Shown: positions 51,099-60,703, counted from the first letter of the stretch. The stretch: DNA of 64,000 bases from Prevotellaceae bacterium UBA7017 (GCA_002449535.1 DJWZ01000062.1:17369-81368), one strand, 5' to 3'. Numbers and translations are program-made. Notes: generated by a model from the letters alone, not told the origin.

Positions 51099-53321
51099 AT
51101 GAAAATATGGTGTATCTTTGCATCGCTAATGATGACAGTTATGACCCTCAATGCACAAGTTTACCTCGACCCTCAGGCGCCTGTTGAAGAACGTGTGAAG
51201 GACGCTCTCGGTCGCATGACTCTTCATGAAAAGATAAAGGTGCTCCATGCACAGAGTAAGTTCACCTCTGCCGGCGTTCCGCGTCTGGGCATCCGTCAGC
51301 TCAATATGGACGACGGTCCTCATGGTGTCCGTGAAGAACTGGTGTGGGACGAGTGGAAGGCTGCAGGATGGACCAATGACTACTGCGTTGCCTTCCCTTC
51401 GCTGACGTGTCTTGCCGCCACGTGGAACCGTGACCTCTCACGCCTTTATGGCAGCAGCATCAGCGAAGAGTTTGCCTATCGCGGCAAGGATGTAATGCTT
51501 GGTCCAGGTGTCAATATTGCCCGCACTCCTCTCAACGGACGTGCCTTTGAATATATGGGCGAAGACCCCCTGCTGGCAGGCGAGATGGTGGTGCCTTATA
51601 TTCAGGCGGTGCAGGCAAACGGTGTGGCATGCTGCCTGAAGCATTTTGTACTCAACGACCAGGAGACAGACCGTTTCTCGGTGAATGTGAACGTCTCCGA
51701 GCGTGCCATGCGTGAGATATATCTTGCACCCTTCCGGCGTGCCGTTGAGAAAGCACATGTGTATTCTATCATGGGCAGCTATAACCTGTGGAAGAACATC
51801 CATTGCAGCCAGAATGACGAACTGCTCAATGGCATCCTGAAGAAAGAGTGGCAGTGGGACGGTTGTCTCGTCAGCGATTGGGATGCGGTAACAGACTCTT
51901 GGCAGGCTGCTACGGGAGGTCTTGATATCGAGATGGGTACAACATGCAACGGCAATATCAGGGGAGATAAATTCACCTTCGATGACTATCATCTTGGCAA
52001 CGATTTCGAGAAGCTCGTACAAGAGGGAAAGGTGCCCATGTCAGTCCTCGACGAGAAGGTCAGCCGTGTTCTGCGTCTTATCTTCCGTACGGTGATGAAT
52101 CCTAATAAGATAACTGGAAACATGTGCTCCGAGGCACATTATGACGCTTGCCGTCAGATAGGGGAGGAGGGCATCGTGCTGCTGCAAAACAATAAACGTG
52201 GCAAAGCCCCCTTGCTGCCTATTGATTTCTCAAAGTATAAGAACATCCTCGTCGTAGGCGAGAATGCCACCCGTTCACTCACACTCGGCGGTGGCTCATC
52301 CGAACTGAAAACCCTCCGCGACATTTCACCGCTCGAAGCTTTGCAAACAGCTGTGGCGGCAGCAAACTCTCACCTCTCACCTGTCACCTGTCAACTATCA
52401 TACGCTCAAGGCTACTCCTCCGGCAAGGCTCTTTATGACAAGGTGGATGTTGTTGATCCTGCTGAAAGCAAGCGTTTGAAAGATGAGGCTCTTGCAAAGG
52501 CTGCCGATGCTGACCTTATAATATATATAGGCGGCATGAACAAAAACCATCGTCAAGACTGCGAGAATGGTGACCGCGAAGGCTATGACCTCTCCTTCGG
52601 ACAGAACGAGCTTATCAGTGAGCTGGCAGACATCAATCCCAATATCGTTGTCGTCACCTTTGGCGGCAATCCTTACGCTACCCCGTGGCTCTCCAAGGTG
52701 CCAGCCCTCGTACACTGCTGGTATCTCGGCAGCGAAGCCGGTACAGCCCTCGTCAATGTGCTCAGCGGAAAGGTATGCCCAAGCGGCAGGCTCCCCATTA
52801 CCTTTGCACGAAAGTATGAGGACTATCCATACGTAAAATATGGCAAGGAAGCCTATCCGGGTGTCGATAGGCAGGTATATTACAAGGAAGATGTCTTTGT
52901 AGGCTATCGTGGTTTTGAGAAAGACAAAAAGACCCCTATTTTCCCCTTCGGATTCGGACTCAGCTATACCACCTTCTCATACAAGGACGTGAAGGTAGAG
53001 AAATATGATGCCGGCAATATCTCCGTCGATGTCACCGTCACCAATACCGGCAAGTGTGCAGGCAAGGACGTGGTGCAGGTATATGTCTCTGCTCCAGGCA
53101 ATAAGGAAATGCAAAAGCCCCTCAAGGAACTCAAGGCATTTGCTAAGACCGACCTCCTGCAACCCCGTCAGCAGCAGACCCTTCACATGACAATCACTCC
53201 GCAAGACCTTGCCTCATGGAATGAAGCCACCCACCAGTGGCAAACCGATAGAGGTGACTACACCATCCATATCGGCAACAGCAGTGCCAACATTGTGAAA
53301 AAGAGTTTGTTTAGCTATTAG
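51099..53321 (+). CDS. GH3 beta-glucosidase
   Basis: DGPHGVR, GRAFEYMGEDP, LKHF, VSDW, PFGFGLSYTTF, Fn3-like tail. Confidence 0.92.
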   Translation: MKIWCIFASLMMTVMTLNAQVYLDPQAPVEERVKDALGRMTLHEKIKVLHAQSKFTSAGVPRLGIRQLNMDDGPHGVREELVWDEWKAAGWTNDYCVAFPSLTCLAATWNRDLSRLYGSSISEEFAYRGKDVMLGPGVNIARTPLNGRAFEYMGEDPLLAGEMVVPYIQAVQANGVACCLKHFVLNDQETDRFSVNVNVSERAMREIYLAPFRRAVEKAHVYSIMGSYNLWKNIHCSQNDELLNGILKKEWQWDGCLVSDWDAVTDSWQAATGGLDIEMGTTCNGNIRGDKFTFDDYHLGNDFEKLVQEGKVPMSVLDEKVSRVLRLIFRTVMNPNKITGNMCSEAHYDACRQIGEEGIVLLQNNKRGKAPLLPIDFSKYKNILVVGENATRSLTLGGGSSELKTLRDISPLEALQTAVAAANSHLSPVTCQLSYAQGYSSGKALYDKVDVVDPAESKRLKDEALAKAADADLIIYIGGMNKNHRQDCENGDREGYDLSFGQNELISELADINPNIVVVTFGGNPYATPWLSKVPALVHCWYLGSEAGTALVNVLSGKVCPSGRLPITFARKYEDYPYVKYGKEAYPGVDRQVYYKEDVFVGYRGFEKDKKTPIFPFGFGLSYTTFSYKDVKVEKYDAGNISVDVTVTNTGKCAGKDVVQVYVSAPGNKEMQKPLKELKAFAKTDLLQPRQQQTLHMTITPQDLASWNEATHQWQTDRGDYTIHIGNSSANIVKKSLFSY

Positions 53322-53487
53322 TTTATGGGGGGTAAATCTAACCAATAAAACAATGATGTATTTAAGGCAAATACAACTTTTGACTGGTGAGCCTTCAAAT
53401 CTTTGCACATAGCTCTTGCTATAAATATCTAATTCACTAACCTCTCAACTTTTGTTAAGGCAGAAGTCTAAGGGGAAGGAGGAAATA

Positions 53488-53546
53488 TTCCCGCCTTGGG
53501 AACAAAGTCTTCCCACGCTGGGAGTAAAACATTCCCGCCGTGGGAA
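53488..53546. repeat. three tandem 22-bp-period palindromes TTCCC-N5-GGGA
   Basis: TTCCC at 53488, 53510 and 53532. Confidence 0.8.
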
Positions 53547-53644
53547 TGTTTTTTATCGCCTGGTAGGCAGATTGTTGAAAAAATAAGGGCAGATAATTGG
53601 ATCGTAAAGGCTGGTTATTGAAAATTAAACGCCATTTATTGAAA

Positions 53645-53862
53645 GACCTAACATCGCTATCCGAAGAAGTCCCTGTTTATGGACGATTAGGGCGTTTTTA
53701 ATCCCTTTAAAGAGGTAACATAAGACCTAACAAAAAGGTAACATAACACCTAACATAAACCTAACATCGATTTTGACTTCACAACTATTGATAAGGCAGC
53801 ATTTGATGTTACCTCTGATGTTACCTTTATGTTAGGTCTATGTTAGGTGTTATGTTAGGTCT
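53645..53862. repeat. inverted-repeat element D with CCTAACAT/GGTAACAT iterons
   Basis: Outer unit at 53645; TAACA at 53716, 53728, 53739, 53751, 53762; inverted TGTTA at 53807, 53819, 53830, 53841, 53853. Confidence 0.88.
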
Positions 53863-54048
53863 TTAGACCTGTATTATAGCCCTAAAGGTTTAAATATCAG
53901 CTGTTTGGTGATTTCGGATGTATACTTTCCGGTATTTCTTTTGCTGTTCATGAAAAAACTTTGTTTCTATTTTGTTTTTTCGTTATTTTTTCGTACCTTC
54001 GCAGCGTGAAACCTTACAAACTTATTTACAAATCTATAAATAACTAAC

Positions 54049-54672
54049 ATGATGAAAGTATTACTATTAAACGGAAGTGCCAACAAGAATGGCAACACTT
54101 TTACTGCACTCTCTGAGATTGCCAAGCAACTGGAGAAGAATGGCATAGAGTATGAAATAATGCAACTGGGCAACAAACCCGTGCGTGGCTGCATAGCTTG
54201 CGGACAGTGCAGGGCGAAAGGACTGGGGCATTGCGTGTTTGATGACGACGTATGTAACCGTATTGTAGATAAGCTGAATGAGGCTGATGCTCTCGTTGTC
54301 GGCTCTCCTGTATATTACGGACAGCCTAACGGTGCTGTGATGGCGGTATTGCAGCGTGCCTTCTTTGCGGGTGCAAATGTGCAGAACAAGCCTGCGGCAG
54401 CAGTGGCTATATGCCGACGCGGAGGGGCTTCGGCAGCATATCAGACGCTGAACATGATTTTTGAGATGATGAACATGCCTGTAGTGACATCGCAATACTG
54501 GAACATAGCATACGGCATGGCACCGGGTGAGGTGGCACAGGACACGGAGGGTATGCAGACCATGCGCACAATGGCAGACAACATGGCTTGGCTGCTGAAG
54601 AAAATTCATGCCAACGGTAATCCCGACTACCCCGAGCGCGAAGAGTGGCAGGGAATGAACTTTATCAGGTAA
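54049..54672 (+). CDS. flavodoxin family / iron-sulfur flavoprotein
   Basis: NGS...GNT, CIACGQC, GSPVYY, RRGG. Confidence 0.88.
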   Translation: MMKVLLLNGSANKNGNTFTALSEIAKQLEKNGIEYEIMQLGNKPVRGCIACGQCRAKGLGHCVFDDDVCNRIVDKLNEADALVVGSPVYYGQPNGAVMAVLQRAFFAGANVQNKPAAAVAICRRGGASAAYQTLNMIFEMMNMPVVTSQYWNIAYGMAPGEVAQDTEGMQTMRTMADNMAWLLKKIHANGNPDYPEREEWQGMNFIR

Positions 54673-54732
54673 TATCGAAAGGAGATTTGACCCTGAGACG
54701 GGTACCGGATTCTGGAATTAAAGAACACTCGC

Positions 54733-54933
54733 ATGAAGCTAAAGAAACGGAAGCTAAAGTTTGCCGCTATATTCTTTGTATGTTGGTTTGCCTGTATGGC
54801 ATTGATATTAGACGTGGTTGTGAAATTCCAAACCTTGGTTGACTACGTAGGGTCATACGCTTTGGTGAAGACGACGGTATGGGCGTTGGTTTTATTACCT
54901 ACATTGGCGGTTTATATTTACACAAAGGAATAA
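54733..54933 (+). CDS. small membrane protein
   Basis: 66 aa with two hydrophobic helices, co-oriented with its neighbours. Confidence 0.45.
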   Translation: MKLKKRKLKFAAIFFVCWFACMALILDVVVKFQTLVDYVGSYALVKTTVWALVLLPTLAVYIYTKE

Positions 54934-54937
54934 GAGA

Positions 54938-55516
54938 ATGATGACAATACAAGAATTTCGTGACTATATGGCATCAGGCAAGCCTGTCGTTGGCGGCGGT
55001 GATGTCCACATGATGTTTCATCAGCTGTCCCAAGAGGCACTGAAAATCACAGCCGAGATAAACGGCAAGTATCATACACCCGAGGAATTGCACACGCTGT
55101 TGGAGCAGCTGTGGGGTAGGGAGGTGCCAAAGACGGTTGGCATGTTTCCGCCGTTTCACACTGACTGCGGCAAGAACACCGTCGTTGGCGAGAATGTGTT
55201 TATCAACATGGGCTGCAAGTTCCAGGATCAGGGCGGCATCACCATCGACGAGGGTGCTCTCATAGGTCATAATGTAGTGCTTGCCACTATCAACCACGAC
55301 CTTGACCCTGCCAAGCGTCAGAGCATGAGCTATGCCCCCATTCACATTGGCAAGAACGTCTGGATAGGAGCCAATGCCACTGTCCTTGCAGGCGTAACCA
55401 TCGGCGACGGGGCAGTTGTTGCTGCTGGTGCCGTAGTAACCAAGGACGTAGAGCCAAACACTATTGTTGGCGGCGTGCCTGCCAAAGTGATAAAGAAGAT
55501 AGAGATAAAAGATTGA
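54938..55516 (+). CDS. sugar O-acetyltransferase (maltose/galactoside, LbH)
   Basis: [25 protein letters not shown]. Confidence 0.9.
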   Translation: MMTIQEFRDYMASGKPVVGGGDVHMMFHQLSQEALKITAEINGKYHTPEELHTLLEQLWGREVPKTVGMFPPFHTDCGKNTVVGENVFINMGCKFQDQGGITIDEGALIGHNVVLATINHDLDPAKRQSMSYAPIHIGKNVWIGANATVLAGVTIGDGAVVAAGAVVTKDVEPNTIVGGVPAKVIKKIEIKD

Positions 55517-55612
55517 TAAATCGGATTTTAGCAAACAAACACCTAATTATAATCCACATGAACAAGGTCTTGGCAGAGACCAGAGCATCGACTCGAAATA
55601 CTCCAAGAAAAT

Positions 55613-56557
55613 ATGAAGAAAGTAATGTTTTTGCTGGCAGTAGGAGTGATGTGCCTGACAGCCTGCGCCCAGAAGAAGGGCGGTGAACGTGGTCCTCGCC
55701 AAGGTGGCCACATGGTGATTAACAAAGATTCAGACAGTACGTTTGTGGCATTGAAGCAAGAGACACTAGGAAAGTTCAAGCAACTGACGTACAACGACAC
55801 TCAGACGGGCAAGACAATGGAGTATAATCTGCTGGTTCCCGAAGGTGCCGAGGCAGGTCAGAAACTCCCCTTAGTGCTCTTCATGGCTGATGCCAGTACT
55901 GCAGGAAAGGAAGTGACAGCTCCGCTCACGCAAGGGTATGGTGCCTTGGAGTTCGCTTCAAATAGAGACAAGCAGAAGCATCCTTCATTCGTCCTGGTGC
56001 CACAATACACCGACTGGGCCGTGCAAGACGACTGGAGCACCACCGACGAAGTGGAGATGACCATCCGTCTGCTTGAAAAGGTCTGCAAGGAATACAACGT
56101 CGATACTAACCGGCTTTATACCACCGGTCAGTCGATGGGCGGCATGATGTCGTTCTACTTCAACATCACCCATCCCGATCTTTTTGCGGCCTCATTGTTT
56201 GTTAGCAGTCAGTGGGACACTTCGAAAATGCAGGACTTCGGCAAGAAGCATTTCTTCTACATCGTAGCTGGTGGCGACCAGAAGGCATCGGGTGGCATGA
56301 GAGACCTGGCAAAGGTGCTGAAGGAGAATAATGCAAGGGTTGACTCTGCATCTTGGAGTGCAAAATTGCCGTCTGCGGAACAAGAGAAGTTGGCAGAAAA
56401 ACTGATAGCCCGTGGCGGCAACATCAACTTCATCAAGTGGGAGGCAGGCAGCGTACTTCCGGAAACAGGCAAGGGTATGGAGCACATGGCATCTTTTGAC
56501 TACGGCTACAAGATTGCCGCCGTCAGGGACTGGCTGTTCATGCAGAGTAAGGAATAG
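55613..56557 (+). CDS. exported alpha/beta hydrolase (esterase/peptidase-like), possible lipoprotein
   Basis: LTAC lipobox-like motif, PLVLF, GQSMGG, VRDWLF. Confidence 0.75.
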   Translation: MKKVMFLLAVGVMCLTACAQKKGGERGPRQGGHMVINKDSDSTFVALKQETLGKFKQLTYNDTQTGKTMEYNLLVPEGAEAGQKLPLVLFMADASTAGKEVTAPLTQGYGALEFASNRDKQKHPSFVLVPQYTDWAVQDDWSTTDEVEMTIRLLEKVCKEYNVDTNRLYTTGQSMGGMMSFYFNITHPDLFAASLFVSSQWDTSKMQDFGKKHFFYIVAGGDQKASGGMRDLAKVLKENNARVDSASWSAKLPSAEQEKLAEKLIARGGNINFIKWEAGSVLPETGKGMEHMASFDYGYKIAAVRDWLFMQSKE

Positions 56558-56596
56558 ATTTCGAAAAGACAAACAGATAAATCGGAATTTAGAAGT

Positions 56597-57097
56597 ATGA
56601 AAGGAGAATTGCGGAAATGGTCTTTGGCCGACTATAAAGAACTGAAGGATTTATGCAATGCCGTTGATAGGTCATACTTGTCTGACAGATTGCCGAATCC
56701 ATATACTGAAGATGATGCTAATTGGTGGCTGAATATGGTTGCCAAAAGCGAAGGCATTGACGAAACTTTCCGAGCAATGGTCGTGGATGGGAAGATTGTT
56801 GGTAGTGTTTCCATTGAACGAAAAGCTGACATATATAGGCTTGACGGCGAATTGGGCTGCATGCTGTTGAGAGACTATTGGAATCGTGGTCTGATGAGTC
56901 AGGCAGTGGGACAAGTGTGTGAGATTGCAATTAAGGAACTTTGTCTCAATCGAATTACGGCAAATGTCTTTCATCCCAATATAGCATCTCAGCGTATTTT
57001 ACAAAAGAATGGTTTTAAACAAGAAGGTGTCATGCGCAAGGCTGTGATTAAAGAAGGTATCTTTTACGATATACTCATTTATGGTTTATTGAAGTAA
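56597..57097 (+). CDS. GNAT acetyltransferase (RimJ/RimL family)
   Basis: PYTEDDA..W, YWNRG, NIASQRILQKNGF..EG. Confidence 0.88.
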   Translation: MKGELRKWSLADYKELKDLCNAVDRSYLSDRLPNPYTEDDANWWLNMVAKSEGIDETFRAMVVDGKIVGSVSIERKADIYRLDGELGCMLLRDYWNRGLMSQAVGQVCEIAIKELCLNRITANVFHPNIASQRILQKNGFKQEGVMRKAVIKEGIFYDILIYGLLK

Positions 57098-57172
57098 ATT
57101 CCAATTTAGCGAACAGAAACAAAGGTGGATTTCAAGGATAAAGTAGATGGCAGAACAGGCAGGAAAGAATCT

Positions 57173-57478
57173 ATGATGAACAAGGTAAGAATCATAGCTA
57201 TACGCCAGACTGTCTATCCTGACCTGATGGCGAAGTATGAAAACCCCATCGAACACACTTGCGATGTGAGAGAAGGCGAGCAGTGGATTTCCGTTGACGG
57301 ACAATGTCCTGATGGCATGTGTCCGTCAGCATGGGATTCTATGCGTGAATTCGTGGAGTCATTGGCACGAGGCGAAGGGAACTTCTTCGACGGATGGATG
57401 AAGAACCCGATGAGTGCCATGATAAGCTGCAACGATGGTTTCCGTCCGTTCAGCTTCTATATTGAAGTAATTGTGTAG
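57173..57478 (+). CDS. TIGR04076 family protein
   Basis: CPDGMCPSAW and ISCNDGFRP. Confidence 0.8.
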   Translation: MMNKVRIIAIRQTVYPDLMAKYENPIEHTCDVREGEQWISVDGQCPDGMCPSAWDSMREFVESLARGEGNFFDGWMKNPMSAMISCNDGFRPFSFYIEVIV

Positions 57479-57567
57479 ATGATATGAATCCAGTAGCCAT
57501 CCGACTTCTCAACCGGAATAATCACTTCGGGGTATTTAGATGAAGCTTTAGAATTAGGGGCAAAACA

Positions 57568-57924
57568 ATGAATATTGAAGACTATCGCGAATATTGCCTG
57601 TCATTAGGCGATGACATAGAGGAAAAGTTGCCGTTCCAGAAGTTCAGGAACGGAGAGGGGGTGTTGGTGTTCTATGTGTCTGGGCACATGTTCTCATTCT
57701 TCGACTGCAATGATTTCTCCGTTATCTCGCTGAAATGCCAGCCAGAGCGCATAGAGGAGTTGAAGGCACAATATGAATGTATCGGAAATCCATACAACGA
57801 ATCGCCCAGACACTGGATTGGCGTCAATCCCGCTACGGCTTCCGATGAACTGCTGGAGGAACTTACAAGAAATTCCTATGAGATAGTAAAAGCGAAGTAT
57901 AGGAAGGGTAAGAAGACTTTGTAA
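57568..57924 (+). CDS. MmcQ/YjbR family DNA-binding protein
   Basis: REYCLSL, LPF, SLKCQPE, HWI, SYEIV. Confidence 0.85.
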   Translation: MNIEDYREYCLSLGDDIEEKLPFQKFRNGEGVLVFYVSGHMFSFFDCNDFSVISLKCQPERIEELKAQYECIGNPYNESPRHWIGVNPATASDELLEELTRNSYEIVKAKYRKGKKTL

Positions 57925-57937
57925 ATTCCTTGTGGTC

Positions 57938-57974
57938 TTTAACCCAAAACTGCTAATGAGCGTTTTGGGTTAAA
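57938..57974. terminator. bidirectional terminator
   Basis: tttaacccaaaac...gttttgggttaaa between convergent genes. Confidence 0.75.
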
Positions 57975-57987
57975 GAGATTGAACAGC

Positions 57988-58440
57988 TTACCACTTCAGC
58001 TCGTCCTGCAGAATGACACCGTCGGTCATTGGGCTGTCTGCCTCGGTGAAGGCATTTGCTTTGTACTGGATGCAGAGCATGGTGAGGTTTTCGCTGCCTG
58101 TGTTCTTCAGCGCACGCTTGCCGTCAGGAGAAACACGGATGATGGTGCCCTCGCTGACAGGGAATATGTCGCCATCTACCTGATACTGACCTTCACCCTT
58201 CAGGATGATGTAGAGTTCTTCGTGAGTCTTGTGGGTATGTAGGAAACCGCTGTCCTGACCCGGAACGAGTGTCTGGAAAGAAAATTCACTACCTGTGGCA
58301 CCTACTGCCTGACCTGCGAATACCTTACCCTTGATGGTAACGGGTCCCATCGGGAGCTCGTGCTCGATGATTTCACTAACCTTACCTACACTGACTGCCT
58401 TGAAGTTCTTACCTTCTTTAATTGTTTCAATCTGTCGCAT
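57988..58440 (-). CDS. cupin domain protein
   Basis: HTHKTHEELYIILKGEG. Confidence 0.88.
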   Translation of the reverse strand: MRQIETIKEGKNFKAVSVGKVSEIIEHELPMGPVTIKGKVFAGQAVGATGSEFSFQTLVPGQDSGFLHTHKTHEELYIILKGEGQYQVDGDIFPVSEGTIIRVSPDGKRALKNTGSENLTMLCIQYKANAFTEADSPMTDGVILQDELKW

Positions 58441-58719
58441 AATTCTTATTGTTTTAAAATGTTATTTGTATTTTGTTTTGACGGTGACAAAGAAGCGTTA
58501 GCATCTTCGCAACCTGTTCTTAACTGGGTGCAAAGGTACTGCTTTTTTTCCGTTCCCGCAAGAGGGCACTTTTAGGTGGCATAGTTACCAAAAGGTAGGA
58601 ATTGGACTGTTTCGGACATCTGAAAAACGGGCTTTAACATAGATTAACGCGGTGTGGCATAGAAACTCAGTATCTTTTTGCTACCTTCGCGCTGAAATCA
58701 GAAAACTAAACACAAGATT

Positions 58720-59073
58720 ATGGCAGATACTCAGACGCAGTATATGGATTGTCCTATCAGGCAGGTAGTGAGTCGTTTCGGCGACAAGTGGTCAATGTTG
58801 GTGCTTTACATGCTTTACTCCAGCGAGACTGGCATCTTGCGTTTCAACGAGATACGTCGCCTGATGACGGACTGCTCGCAGAAGATGCTTTCGCAGACGC
58901 TGAAGAACTTGGAGCATAGCCACTTGGTACATCGTGAGGTGTATCCGGAGGTGCCTCCCCGTGTGGAATATTCCCTTACGGATACCGGCAATTCGCTGAT
59001 GCCTGCGGTCAATGCGCTGATAGCCTGGGCGCAGGAGCATTTCAACGAGGTGGTAACGGGGAGTAGGAGTTAG
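58720..59073 (+). CDS. HxlR family transcriptional regulator
   Basis: CPI...GDKW, RFNE, SQKML, YPEVPPRVEYSLT; divergent from the cupin gene. Confidence 0.92.
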   Translation: MADTQTQYMDCPIRQVVSRFGDKWSMLVLYMLYSSETGILRFNEIRRLMTDCSQKMLSQTLKNLEHSHLVHREVYPEVPPRVEYSLTDTGNSLMPAVNALIAWAQEHFNEVVTGSRS

Positions 59074-59132
59074 AAATGAGGAGTGAGGAGCCTGGAATGA
59101 GGAGTTAAAACTGTAGGGCTGTTTCCGGTTTT

Positions 59133-59198
59133 TTCGCTGAAGATAATGAACGTTTCGTTGAAATAATTTTCCCAGAATATGTTTTTTTTATATCTTTG
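59133..59198 (+). promoter_or_regulatory. direct-repeat box (TTCGYTGAA x2, 21-bp period) plus -7 element
   Basis: Repeats at 59133-59141 and 59154-59162; TATCTTTG at 59191-59198. Confidence 0.65.
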
Positions 59199-59237
59199 CA
59201 CCAGATTCCTAACAATATACACACATATATATCATAA

Positions 59238-59987
59238 ATGACAGAACTGATTAATGCCTTTGCCCCGATATCGCTGGAACAGATGAGCAGCGTGAAGCTG
59301 ATGAACCGCATAGACACCAAGTTTGTGACGAATCAGCAGAAGCTCTGCCGTCTGTTGGACATGGCGCAGCAGGAATACTTCGTACAGGAGATTGACGGCA
59401 GGTGCGACCTGGAGTATGACACCACATACTTTGACACCACCGCCTTCGACATGTATTCGGCACACCAGCACGGATATGCCAACCGCCAGAAGATACGCTT
59501 CCGAACTTATTGCATCTCGGACCTGCAGTTTATGGAGGTGAAGACGAAGAACAACCACGGACGCACGAAAAAGAAACGCATAGAGGTGGAGGACATGAAC
59601 CTGATGGATGAAGAGAAGCGTGCCTTTTTGGAGAGGCATCTGCGCTATGATGTGGATACGCTGCAACCAGCCCTGAACAATCATTTCTCGCGTATAACGC
59701 TGGTGAACAAGGGTATGACGGAACGTGTGACGATTGACTCACAGCTGTGTTTCGAGAACCTTCAGAACGGGAAGCGTCTGGACATGGGCAACATGGTTAT
59801 CATAGAGCTGAAGCGTAACGGATTGGTGTATTCGCCAATATTGGAAATGCTGCGCCGGCTGCGTATTCACCCCCACGGCTTCTCCAAATATTGCATGGGG
59901 TCGGCACTGACGTGTGAAAACCGGTTGCCTGTAAACCGCTTTAAGAGCAAACTGATAGAAGTAAGGAAACTGATAAACCAACAATAA
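59238..59987 (+). CDS. polyphosphate polymerase (VTC) domain protein
   Basis: LMNRIDTKF, TTYFDT, RQKIRFRTY, EVKTK, ERVTID, IIELK, FSKYC. Confidence 0.88.
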   Translation: MTELINAFAPISLEQMSSVKLMNRIDTKFVTNQQKLCRLLDMAQQEYFVQEIDGRCDLEYDTTYFDTTAFDMYSAHQHGYANRQKIRFRTYCISDLQFMEVKTKNNHGRTKKKRIEVEDMNLMDEEKRAFLERHLRYDVDTLQPALNNHFSRITLVNKGMTERVTIDSQLCFENLQNGKRLDMGNMVIIELKRNGLVYSPILEMLRRLRIHPHGFSKYCMGSALTCENRLPVNRFKSKLIEVRKLINQQ

Positions 59988-60019
59988 AGCACATAATATA
60001 AAAAAGAGTATATAGAATT

Positions 60020-60703
60020 ATGAATGAAATGTTATTGTTTTCTGCCGACTTCGGCGACACGCTGATTAGATTCCTCGTGTGTGTCGTGGTGAACTGGATG
60101 ATTGTCCATTTCCTGTATTTCAAGAAGGGCAAGCGTCGTGACTTCTACTTCACCTTCATGATTATCTCCGTTGCCATTTTCTTTCTCGTATATCTGATGA
60201 TGGGTATGGACCGTGGCAAGGCGACCATGGGTGTCGGACTGGGACTGTTTGGTATCTTCTCCATCATGCGCTATCGCACGGACACGATGCCGGTGCGCGA
60301 GATGACTTATCTCTTTGTCGTCGTATGTCTGTCGGTGGTTCATGCCATGTCAGACTCTGTTGACGTAGATGCCAAGGGCAGGATGGTCGGCACGCCGGTG
60401 GTGGAGCTGTTGGTGATTGATGCCATCACGGTGATTTGCATCATCTTCTTCGAGAGGTTCCTGAAGGTGGAGAGCTCTAAGCTGGTACAGTACGACCGCA
60501 TAGAACTCATAAAGAAGGACCGTCGTCAGGAGCTGATAGCCGACCTTGAGGAGAGGCTCGGGGTAAAGGTTACCGGCGTGAAGGTGGGTGCCGTGGATTT
60601 TCTGCGTGACATGGCTGTACTGCGTGTGTATTACGACGGAAAGGTAGATAGGGAGATTGACGAGAAACTAAAACTAAAGATTTCTGACTATGCAAATGTT
60701 TAG
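60020..60703 (+). CDS. DUF4956 membrane protein
   Basis: GLGLFGIFSIMRYRT...REMTYLF with several TM helices. Confidence 0.88.
   Translation: MNEMLLFSADFGDTLIRFLVCVVVNWMIVHFLYFKKGKRRDFYFTFMIISVAIFFLVYLMMGMDRGKATMGVGLGLFGIFSIMRYRTDTMPVREMTYLFVVVCLSVVHAMSDSVDVDAKGRMVGTPVVELLVIDAITVICIIFFERFLKVESSKLVQYDRIELIKKDRRQELIADLEERLGVKVTGVKVGAVDFLRDMAVLRVYYDGKVDREIDEKLKLKISDYANV

Noticed and set aside
53488..53546. Possible CRISPR array
   Set aside because: Only three abutting 22-bp units, no unique spacers and no cas genes.
53828..53862. TTATGTTAGGT as the XerD arm of a dif site
   Set aside because: It recurs as part of an iteron array and has no XerC arm at 6-bp spacing.
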